A stretch of 64,000 bases of DNA, taken from contig CDMY01000149.1 in the NCBI GenBank assembly GCA_001179505.1, positions 1 through 64,000 on the forward strand. The letters run 5' to 3'. Positions 10,990 to 24,501 of this stretch are shown in pieces (the first letter of the stretch is position 1; each line of letters starts with the position of its first letter). A model generated the notes under the pieces. It saw only the letters and a program-made list of their open reading frames with translations, was not told the origin of the DNA and searched no databases. The translations under genes were made by a program, and so were the position numbers. This DNA is from Vitrella brassicaformis CCMP3155 (taxonomy: Eukaryota > Protista > Chromerida).

Positions 10990-13900
10990 TAGATGCTGAT
11001 GTAGGTGCCCGGGCCCGTGCGGCCGCTGCGGCCGAGCCTCTGCAACTTAGACGCCTGCAGGTGCGTAAAGAGACACACACGCGCAGAGCGCCACAATCAT
11101 CCCTTCTCCCTCGTACACATTGGTCACACGTACGGTCGACGTCCACTCGAGTGGGAGGTGCGAGGCGTTCGTGGGGTTGTAGTACCGGGCCGACCTGTGC
11201 TGCGGTGTGTCTATCACATGTGTCAGCCCCTGACGCACGCACACACAACACCCAAGGAGGAAAAACGCACACGTGTGTGTATTGTATGTACGCACGCACA
11301 CGCGCACACACACAGACGTATACCCGTCACCACACACGTCTATCGTTATGGACGACTCTGCTACGTCGGTGCACACATAGACGTCCCACTTCCCTGCAGA
11401 AACACACACACACACACACACACGCACATACACAAACACACAAGTCCGCACGGACGGACAGAGGGAGTCAGGACAGACACACGCGCACACGTAGCACACT
11501 TCTCTCACCAGGCACAGTTGCGTTGAGGGCTTCATCCTCCTCGTGTGACATCCCCGAGTAGAGCACCTTTACATTGCACCACTCCTTGGTGTCGTCGCCG
11601 AGCTTGCTAGCCGTCGCAAACACCTCCCCCGTGCCTGCAACACGGCATGCACAACACACAACACACATACGCACACGCATGCACGCACGCAGCGCGAGGG
11701 CAGCCAGGCCGGACTGACCGGGCAAGAATATCAGTATCTTCTTGGGCGTCCAACTCGTGTTGGTGTCGTACGTCCACTCTGCAGCCATGGATACACAGTG
11801 TGCGCAGATGCATTCTTTCGACAAATGCCAGACATCATTTGGCGAGTATGTCGGCCTCGGCAGAGAGGACGAGCGGCTTGGCGTCGTTCTTCTGGAAGTA
11901 CCCGTTGTTCTCCAAATCGAACCCTGTCGGGCTTGGGCAGCGTGCTGACCTGCAAGCATTCACTCGGTTGATTAATCCGGTGCGCATGTGCGTGCCCTCC
12001 CCTTGTTATGCACGTACGTCGATATTGTTGAGTTTACACAAGTAGGAGAAGATTCTGGGAGAGGTGCAAGCACACACCACACAACGCAGGCAGTGAACCG
12101 ACCAGGCAGTCACATCGAAGAGGCGTACTTTGATATGAACGGAGTCCCGTCTCGAGCACAGTGTTGAGATAGAACTCCTCCACCGTACGACGGGGGATGA
12201 GATTATCGGGGACGTCAACGTACCTGCACGCACGCGCACACACAAACACGCACATGTCTGCCCGCGTGTGTGCGAGTGTCATCCCTACTGACGCCGTGCT
12301 GATGTGGGCGTCGGAGAAGTAGCTCAGGAACTTGGCTGGGCAGAACGAGGAACAAGGGATAGTCGAGGCTCATCACGGGTTCTGCATAGTTGTGTGTCGT
12401 GTGAAGGTGCCCACCAGGGTCTACGGTGGCTGACATCAGCACCACCTTGATATGCGGGTTGGCACGCACGAGCTGTCTCACCCTCGCCTGGCACATAACA
12501 TGCACACGTGCTTGGTCATCTATCTGTTAGCCACCGTGCGGTAATTTACCATTACTATTTCGGTGTCGGCGTCGTGAAGTGGCGAAGGCCCCCGCCCTTT
12601 GCAAATGCAGCGCAAGCCCTGCGTGGCATCCATACGCATGCACGCACACATATACAAGACGCTCGTGTGCAGGCCTGCTTCCTCCCTCGCCATCCGGATG
12701 CATGTACGTGTGTGTGCGTGTCTCGTGAGCGGCGGACCTTTTGTCACGAACATGATGGGTCTGTTGTATGGCATGGGCGTCCTTTGGTGGCCACGATAGG
12801 TGACGTGATCCCCCAGCTCTCCGCTGCCCAGCTTCACAACGCCGCACTCCTTAGCCACCCGCCTGGTAGAACCATCACACATACATACACACATTCACAT
12901 ACGCGTACACACGCACTCTTGTGCTCTTTCTTACTCAGACACATTGGTGACAGCCAGTCGACGGGGCTGGACCGCCAGCACTCTGTCGTGGTCCTTTAAT
13001 GATGGCCACCTGTTCATGAAAGGAATCAGGCCACACGGAACGGAAACACACACATATTGACTGGACACAGCTGAGTTTGTGTGTGCGTACCCGTGACGAC
13101 TTGCCCGAGCCCGTCCGCCCCTGCACGAGAACGCACCCGCTCTGGCTGCGTTTGAGATGTACTCCTGCCCACATGGGAGAGAACCACACACATGTACGTG
13201 AGTACATATTCATCATGCGTCCAGCCGTCCGCCCGCCCGCTGCATACCTCTATGACATCGGGGCTGGAGACCGGCAGCGGCGGGAGCAGCGCTAGGCGAG
13301 CGCCCACTGCGGCGGCTGCGATAAGGTGTGGGCCACCAGCCCGCTTTTCCAACTCTGTTGGCTGTGTGCTGCCGCTACCGTCGGGTGTGATGGGCGAGAC
13401 TAGGGGTGCTGACGGCATGGAGGAGCACTGACTGGCCGGCTGGCTGGGCGTCCGCGGCGGGGTGCGTGGCGCCTCCTCTTGTTGCTGGTGCTGTGGCTGG
13501 GGCGGGGGCTGCTCCACATCATGTCTTGCACGGTGCATTAAGGACTGACTGAGTGCCCGCCCTTTTACGTACCTCGTTGATGTAGCCGCACCTGTCGAGC
13601 GCACGGACGCACAGACAGACAGACAGACAGACGACAGACAGACAGGCAAAGACACAGATGGACAGAGGTAATGTGTATCCGTATATGTGAGTGTTGAGGG
13701 AGTGAGGGGGGTTGCGGGCACGCCAACGATCACCTACCTGTCGTTCATGATGCTGTGCCACTGGGTCGAGAGGATGGCGGCGGCCCGCAGTGCCAACTCA
13801 GCACATCGACACGCACGACACCTGCGGGCAGGCAGCCAGGCCACAATATCTTATAAATGAGAGATGCTCAGCTCAGAGTGCACGTGTCTGTCTGTCTGAA

Positions 13901-14500
13901 CCCACCCACCCACACCCCTACGCATGACGACTAGTTTGGCCAGGTCGGGCTCAGTCGGCAGGTTCCATGCGATCTGCGTCCGTCGGCAGGGCACAAGACA
14001 AGACAAGACAAGACAAGACAGGCGTCCGTAGTAGCTTGGTGCGCACTGCACTAGACTCGCCCGCTCACCTCAGCCATGATAGTGGGCATCAGGTCGTCTC
14101 CAGGGCGCAGTCCATCCATAAGGAACCCTGCACATACACACATGCACACACACACCACAACACCGGTAATCGAGCACTTGACTCATGACGAGCCACCCAT
14201 CCTTTGTTTTAACCACTTTTCGGCCGTCTCGACGTTTTCCTTGGGCGGCTTACTCAACGTCTCCTCTGTCAGGAAGTGGCGTGGGTCTTCGCTCATGCTT
14301 AGCGCCTTGAGAACGTACTGAGCACATACATGCGCATCCGCCAAACGAGCGACGGTCAAGTATACACACATGGATTCCTTCCCACTCACCGCCTCCAGGC
14401 AGCACCGGAGCAGCTCTGGCGTGGTGTATGGCTCAAATGTGTCCGCAAACCTTTGCATCCAGCGCATCAACAGACCAGGAACGAACAAACCGTGCTAAAA
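10990..14500 (-). pseudogene. DEAH/RHA (SF2) helicase with motifs I, Ia, Ib and III-VI; motif II deleted
   Basis: GRTGSGKSS (~13100), QPRRLAV, IMFVTKG, VVLMSATVD, KKILIFLPGQ (IV, ~11715-11745), CTDVAESSITID (V, ~11340-11375) and LQRLGRSGRTGPG (VI, 11005-11045). An 18-nt deletion at ~12575 removes DEIH. N-terminal exons lie at 13730-14500. Confidence 0.8.
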
Positions 14501-14539
14501 TGTGCGGATGTACTTACCTTTGGCTGCCTCCGCTGACGC

Positions 14540-14885
14540 TCCCTGCTGCCGCTTCCTCGCCCTCTCCTTCAGAAACGACAGCGCCTCGGCCGTCTTCTGG
14601 GCGGTCTTGCTCAGCGCTGCGGCTGAAGGACAACACAAAGCAAGACACAAAGACACCAACCAAAGGTGTGTGGGTATGGGTGTGCTGAGGGATCAGTAAA
14701 GCTGTCTGTCTCTCACCGCTGCTGGCCGGTATGTCCTCGTCGTCGGCCTCGTCGTCTTGTGGCGGTGGCTCCTGCTGCGGAGTGGTGCGGGTGGCGTCGG
14801 GCAGCATCGCTGAGCAGGCAGAAGAAACACGGCAGGCAGGCAGGCACACAGCTTTCAGAAGCCTCTCGTTGTGTTCCTCTCCCTC
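14540..14885 (-). repeat. Duplicate of ~800-1140 (two exons plus introns of the array's shared module)
   Basis: Near-identical sequence, including the intron gcaagacacaaagacaccaacc...gggatcagtaaagctg and the exons PDATRTTxQQxPPP...DDEDIPASSG and AAALSKxAQxTA...LKERARK. Confidence 0.9.
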
Positions 14886-14891
14886 ACGAGG

Positions 14892-14995
14892 CCCCAAACC
14901 CTAACCCTACACCCAAAACCCTAAACCCCAAACCCTAAGCCCCTAACCCTAAACCCCAAACCCTAATCCCCAAACCCTAAGCCCTAAACCCTGAG
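14892..14995 (+). repeat. Interstitial telomere-like tract (~15 units: CCCTAAA, CCCCAAA, CCCTAAG, CCCTAA variants)
   Basis: Direct reading: ccccaaa ccctaa ccctaca cccaaaa ccctaaa ccccaaa ccctaag cccctaa ccctaaa ccccaaa ccctaat ccccaaa ccctaag ccctaaa ccctgag. TTTAGGG-type telomeres are established in apicomplexan relatives. Confidence 0.85.
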
Positions 14996-16120
14996 CGTAG
15001 GAACGTGGAAGCCATTGCCCAGCTATGATATATCTACTTACATAGCACACATCTCAATCGACATATCCATACGTTTGACTTACCCGTTTCGTAGAATTTC
15101 GTCAAATCTGACTCTCTAGGTCGGAGTCACCATCGTCGTCGGCCTGCCGGCTGGGGATGGTGGTCGTGGCAGCCGGTAGCAAGGCATGTGCGGCCAGTGG
15201 CAGCCTCATAGGACCTGGAATTGTCGTCTGAACAGCTGGAATGTGCACGTCGTCTAAACGAAGACGTGCAAGACAGCAAAAAACATGCGAACAAACGGGA
15301 GGGCATAAAAGGCAGACTGAATTTCTGACACATTGCACGTGATTCCCTTTGTTTCTTTGATGTGCCTCCCTCCTCGTTGTCCTTGCATTGAAGCTTCCCG
15401 ACCTGCTGCAAATCACTGTGACACTATGACAGCGATGATTTTGATTAAATCAGCTCACTACGCTCTGTCTTCACTTTTCCTTTCTTCGAACCAAGAGCTG
15501 GCGATTCTGAACAGCAGCAGACAGGGAATGTGATGCGCATGCGAACACTAGACTCAGCGCGGCACTTACCAACCTACAGACAAACGCGTCGAGAAAAGGA
15601 GACGGGGAAGGGAACAAAATGGAGAAATCACCATTTCATCTGCACACACAGACATGACAAAGGGCGGCATATGAGCACACCCATGGCAGCGAAATGCACC
15701 ATGTTTTAATTCCTACACATCATCCAGACACCACACCATCAAGAGCCATCACGCGCGAGGGCACTCACATACTCACCTGTTGGAGACGGCTTATGCGAGG
15801 AGAAGGTGCGTGCGCACTCTGCAGGCACCAGGCAGTCGCGAGCAGCCCCGCAGAAGGCAGGGCACCCAGGTGAGGCCTCGCCGCGGGGCACGGCGTCGTA
15901 GGAAAAAAGTGGCGGATGAAATCCGGACGAGTTGGGAGGGGTAGAGGGAGATGCGGCGGACAAAACAAGCCAAAAAGCAGATGAAAAGAAGAAGAAGCGG
16001 AGGATCTGTGGCTGAAAAAAGGCTGAAAAGCCTGACGCGGACGAAAGATGTGAAAAATGGATACCGAAATTTGTAAATCAGGGTTTGCGGGGTTTGGCCG
16101 TCTCGCGAAATCTCGCCGCG

Positions 16121-19828
<3,708 letters not shown>

Positions 19829-19925
19829 AGCGGTGGATGGATGGATGGATGGATGGATATGGGTGTGATGAGGGAGAGTTGGATGAATAAATGGGATGGC
19901 TTCATGCTATATTGGCCACGAATCG

Positions 19926-20888
19926 TCACAAGTACTTTACACGCGATTCATTCTGTCCACCCGCGTCTTTGACCCTTCTCCCCCTCCCCAGGGCCCCCTC
20001 GCCACACACAGCACCCTCGACAGCCCGCCACAAACGCGGCATCCCCACGGCCAGTATCCACACAGGAAAATACAGCCCCACCAGCCCAAACACCAACCCG
20101 CCCACAGACTCCTCGTAAGTATGAAACGACCTCACTGTCTGGAAGCCGAGGTAGCACAGAACAGCCGTTGTGAGCATTGTGTACACGAGGCTGACCACAG
20201 AGAGCACCACCCCACCACCGCCCCTCTTCTCGCAATCCAAGGCGGCTTGGTTGAAGGCGACTAGCATCAGGGCCATGAGGTAGAGAACGAGGTGGTCGGA
20301 GAAGTCGTAGCTGCCGCCGTAGTGCAGGTGCAGGAACTCCTGCAGCTGGAGGGGCACCCAGTAGAGCAGCACAGCTCTATACACCATCACCACAACCGAC
20401 AGCAGTAGCCGATTCCTGTTGGCGGCAGAGAAGCCCCGACAGAGCAGCAGGGGCAGCAATGGTGGCACCAGCAGCACCAGGTGGAACAGCAGCGGCGAGT
20501 AGGTCAGCCTCTGCAGTGGCCGGCGGAAGGGATAGCACGGCACACTCAGGTCCAGTGGTCCCTCGTCAGAGCACCTCTGGAAATCAGGCAGGGCGGGCAG
20601 ATACGCCGGTGTGCCGCTGATCCCGGCGCTCTCTCCACCCTCCTCACCCTCCACAGTCACGCTGCTGGCTTCCATTATGAGTGGCGGAGGCGGCAGGTCG
20701 GGAGGCGGGTGCACACGGAAGAATGCGACCTCCCCAGGGTGAAGGGGAGCGGCAACGGGGTATCGGTGGATGGAGAATTTGCCCCTGTTGAAGCGCCAGC
20801 CGGCGTAGACGCACGCGCTGAAGGCCAGAAGGGTCATGAGCTGCCATCGCAAGAGAACAGTCCGGAAGGACGGATCTTGTGACGCCAT
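19926..20888 (-). CDS. Single-exon multi-pass membrane protein, FIT (fat storage-inducing/Scs3)-like
   Basis: Several hydrophobic helices, plus YDFSDHLVLY and TVRSFHTYEESVGGLVFG, which resemble the FIT motifs FDISGH and YFHTxxEKxxG. ATG at 20888. Confidence 0.55.
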   Translation of the reverse strand: MASQDPSFRTVLLRWQLMTLLAFSACVYAGWRFNRGKFSIHRYPVAAPLHPGEVAFFRVHPPPDLPPPPLIMEASSVTVEGEEGGESAGISGTPAYLPALPDFQRCSDEGPLDLSVPCYPFRRPLQRLTYSPLLFHLVLLVPPLLPLLLCRGFSAANRNRLLLSVVVMVYRAVLLYWVPLQLQEFLHLHYGGSYDFSDHLVLYLMALMLVAFNQAALDCEKRGGGGVVLSVVSLVYTMLTTAVLCYLGFQTVRSFHTYEESVGGLVFGLVGLYFPVWILAVGMPRLWRAVEGAVCGEGALGRGRRVKDAGGQNESRVKYL

Positions 20889-21081
20889 CAGCTGACGATG
20901 GACAAACCTTGGTCCGGTCTTCACACAAGCCTTTCAAAAGCCTTGCTAAAAGCCTTTGAGAGGAAGATCATTGCGAGCTTGCAAGCGGTCGCCACAGAGC
21001 AAGAACTGAGCAGCAGAAACACAAAGCACAACGTGCCAGGAAGCCGACAGCATCGCAGATCTGTGCCTTCATCATCCATCA

Positions 21082-22350
21082 ATGCTGTCGACAAGCCGCG
21101 ACGCACCTGTATCTGTCGTGAGGACGCCTGCCGCCTCTCCGCCATCGGCACCCTCGTCATGCCTACCACAACGAACAGCAAGGCTGCACTCACGCCGTTG
21201 TCAGAGATCTTCCCTTTGGCGGCATCAACCATCTCGCATTGTCGCGGCAGCTGCTGTGGTGCTCTCGTCTTGGTGTATGGCCGCCGTCTGCAGTGCTGCA
21301 TCCACAGCCGGCACGCTGACGGCAGGGAGGAGGGTGGAGCTGACCCCCCAGTCGCCCTTTTTTCATCAGTTCTGCGAGGCCCTCAAGGCGGGTGCGCTGC
21401 GGCAGGTCAACGCGGGGTCGGATTTCGTCCGCAACCTGGGCAGGAGGGCAGCGCGTGAGGGGTCTCAGCAGCGGCTTCGCTCGATGCTCAAGTCGGTGCC
21501 GGCCTACACGGTGGTCAACGAGCTGGACGAGATGATCATGTCCTACCCGCCCTCCTCGCACGGCGCCCCGGTGGGGCTGTTCTTCCTCAACAAACGGGAC
21601 GCAAACCTCTTCCTCGAAGACGTACAGGTGAGGAGGGAGCACCAGCTCGGCAGATTTTTGAGATCTCTCTCCTCGGCTGCATGCATTGATTATCATGTCG
21701 ATGTGGCGATGTGTGTTCAGACAAAGGATCCCGAAACGAGTCGCGAGGTCGGCCTGTCGCTGCGCACCTCCTCCCTCGCCCACTACTACGCCCTCTCGCG
21801 GCAGCGTGCAAGGTCAGCGGCGCATTTCTACCTGGTCCCCGACCTGCAGGAGGTGCAGAAGGCCGTCAGCCAGTCGCCCAGCGGCCGGTTCGAGGGCACC
21901 CCCATCTACTACCTTGACCTCGTCCCTGCGAGGGACCCAGACGACCGCCGGCAGCGGTGCCTCTACATGCTCACGCTGCCCAAGTCGAAGGGGGGCGGCG
22001 GCAAGGACAGTGGCTCCAACAGGCCGGTGTTCTTCACCAATAGGGATGCTCTCAACACCTGGCGGACATTTAGGCGGCGGCACGCTTCGCTGGGGCTGCC
22101 GAGAAGGCCCAAGGTGCGTGTGGCGTCTCTCGAGCGGATGTTGCGCGACCTGGAGGAGCGGCGTGCGAGCGAGGTGGGCGACTGGCTGTTTGTGCCGGCG
22201 TATGAGGCCTACAGGGACGTGCAGCTGAACCCGCCGAGGAGCAGCGGGGGGATGAGCGGTGCCAAGAGGTGGCTGCAGAAGTTCCGGAGAGACCTGAAGG
22301 CCATCGTGGGTCAAGGGCCGCCCATTGGCAACCAGGTGCCGTTCAGATGA
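21082..22350 (+). CDS. Tic22/Ycf80-like plastid import protein with N-terminal leader, one intron (~21628-21722)
   Basis: LKSVPAYTVVN, VGLFFLNKRDANLFL, FYLVPDLQEV, FEGTPIY, PVFFTNRDALNTW and PKVRVASLERML match the Tic22-family pattern. The start is approximate. Confidence 0.7.
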   Translation: MLSTSRDAPVSVVRTPAASPPSAPSSCLPQRTARLHSRRCQRSSLWRHQPSRIVAAAAVVLSSWCMAAVCSAASTAGTLTAGRRVELTPQSPFFHQFCEALKAGALRQVNAGSDFVRNLGRRAAREGSQQRLRSMLKSVPAYTVVNELDEMIMSYPPSSHGAPVGLFFLNKRDANLFLEDVQVRREHQLGRFLRSLSSAACIDYHVDVAMCVQTKDPETSREVGLSLRTSSLAHYYALSRQRARSAAHFYLVPDLQEVQKAVSQSPSGRFEGTPIYYLDLVPARDPDDRRQRCLYMLTLPKSKGGGGKDSGSNRPVFFTNRDALNTWRTFRRRHASLGLPRRPKVRVASLERMLRDLEERRASEVGDWLFVPAYEAYRDVQLNPPRSSGGMSGAKRWLQKFRRDLKAIVGQGPPIGNQVPFR

Positions 22351-23338
22351 GACCACTGTGGGGGTGGGGCTGAGCATGTGATATGGTGTCCGGGTGCGGT
22401 GGATGGATGGAGAGAGAGAGTAGGTCTATGTGTGTTGTCAGTTGTTAGTTTGTGTGCCCTTTTTGGTTGGTTGAGAGTGAGGTGTTTTAACGGTGCGACA
22501 AGAGGGATTTTTGATGGGGACTGGGTGGACTGACTGACTCACGGCTGACGTGAAACATCACGAAAATTACCTGTCATCGCATCCAGCCGCCCAAGCCGGT
22601 CGGTTTACTCACCTACTCGCCACCTCTGTCTGTCTGTCTGTCTGTCTCCCTCTAATGTACCGGTTGATCGGTCCATACCATACATCCCTCCACACATCCA
22701 TCCTGCCTCTTTGTCTCTTTCCCCCTCCCTCCCTCCCTCTCCACCTGTCTGCCTGTTCTGTACACTGTAGCAGAAATACTCTCGTAGACCGGTCAGGCTG
22801 TGCTGTAGGTCGCTGTCGAATCGCCTTGCCTCACAAATCACGAAAGGCAAAAAGGGTAAGGGTTCCAGTCAGTCAGTGTCAAGCGAATGTGTCAGCGTGC
22901 CAGCCAGTCAGTCCCTGAATTAACGTCACAACCATGAGACCATCCATCCATCCATACACACACACACACACAGGCAGGCAGGCAGGCAGCGGACGCAGCC
23001 GGTCTCTCCTCCCCTCTGTGTGCGTATTGTGTTGTCAGCGTGTGTCGAAAAAACATACAGTGTGTGTGTCCTGTCCGCCCGGCAGGCAGTCTATCAGTCG
23101 ATTGTACAGGCCACCATCCATCCATCCATCCATCGTGTATTGAACAGAAATCACCACTCACCACACACCACATCAGAAGGGCGGCCAGGCGAGGAAAACC
23201 TCTCACGGAGGAACAGACGGACAGGCAGGCGGGCAGGAAGGCAGGCCATCTACGCGTAGATACTCAGGCAGGCAGTGTTATCTCCTCTCCTCCAGCCGTC
23301 AGCCGTCACCGGGTGGTCATATCGGGCTGATTCTGCTC

Positions 23339-24222
23339 TCAGTGTTGGCGCCTTCCGCACCCGAATATCTTCATCAGCCAGCCCCCTGTCGTCCTGATAT
23401 CACACGCACACACACACACGCCACCTCATTCATGTGTGTGTGGTGGGTTCGTCCATGTGGGTGTGGGTGTGTACCTATTAGCGGCTTCCTCGGCTTCCGC
23501 CTCCTCGTCCATGTGTGCCTCGCCTCCCGCCTGCTCCATGTCCTCGTCCTCGTCGTGCCCCATGACGCCGCCCTCGGCAGCCGCCGCCGCCGCCGCCCCA
23601 CTGCTGGCCGCACGGCGACCGCGGGACCCCGCCGCCTTCTTCTTCGGACTCGACTTGGCCTTGCCCTTGGGCCTACCCTTGGCTGATACACACAGAGGGA
23701 GGGAGGGAGGGAGGGAGAGAGGGAGACGGTTGAGGAAATATTCGTGCTGTCAGTCTGGTTGTGTGTGGATGTGTGTGTTGCCTTTGGGTTTGGCTGCTGC
23801 CTTTCCCTTGGCTTTCGCCTTGCCCTTGGGGGCAGCAATGCGACTAGAACCTGACAGACACCACACACAGGGGGAGGGAGGAAGAAGGTGTAAGACACCC
23901 CTGTGACGTGCGACCTGCTTCAATGAGAGCTGCATCCCCACCTGTAGTTTTCTTCTGCGCAGTCTTGGTGATCCCCGTCTTCTTCACCCCCTTGCCCTGC
24001 ACCACCAACTCAGGCTCCTCATCTGACATCACAACACAACACACAAGCGAGCCATCCCTGAGTGAGCAATGGCTTTCGGGAGCCCCTTCTGCCCCAGTGC
24101 CTCTCCGCGAGCCGCCCGTGTGTGCATGCAGTGGTCTGCCCTCGTGTCTGATGTCTGATACCATCTTCTAGTTTGCGAGGCGGCTTGACCTTCCTCTTGG
24201 CGGGCAGGCCCTTCTTCGCCAT
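23339..24222 (-). CDS. Small Lys/Ala-rich basic protein with acidic tail (histone H1/HMGA-like), 5 exons
   Basis: Spliced translation MAKKGLPAKRKVKPPRKLED|DEEPE...KKTT|GSSRIAAPKGKAKAKGKAAAKPK|AKGRPKGKAKSSPKKKAA...HDEDEDMEQ...DEEAEAEEAANR keeps frame across the junctions. The last exon is tentative. Confidence 0.6.
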
Positions 24223-24501
24223 CACGGTAGTACGACAACAACGCCTTCAACAACGATATGGCAGCCACCCAGCGACACTGAGAGACGGACAGGCCCACAC
24301 GCATCAAAGCCGTGTCGGCGAGCGCTCTTGTGGCGGCTTCTTGCTCACCGTGGGCACTGCTGCGTCTGGCTTACGCAAAATATCGCTACCTTGGCCTTTT
24401 CCCCCCTCCCCCTTTCAAAGCTCGCAAATCGACCCAGCGAAGGATTGCCTTTTCTGGACCTGGACCTCCTTTGTCACCTACATCCTCAGCAGCACCTCAC
24501 C

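Noticed and set aside
1-14890. Array as a Helitron, retrotransposon or DNA transposon
   Set aside because: The helicase motifs are SF2 DEAH type, not PIF1/SF1. I found no HUH Rep, reverse transcriptase, integrase/transposase motif, LTR or terminal inverted repeat.
16095-16115. E2F-like element (tcgcgaaa) upstream of MCM9
   Set aside because: A single short match within ~15 nt of the ATG cannot be distinguished from chance without genome-wide statistics.
22400-23300. Several 60-120 aa ORFs (also at 26300-27300, 41800-42900 and 56650-57100)
   Set aside because: They are translations of (CA)n/(GGAT)n/(GTCT)n microsatellite-rich UTR or intergenic DNA (THTHT, VCVCV, PSIH peptides).
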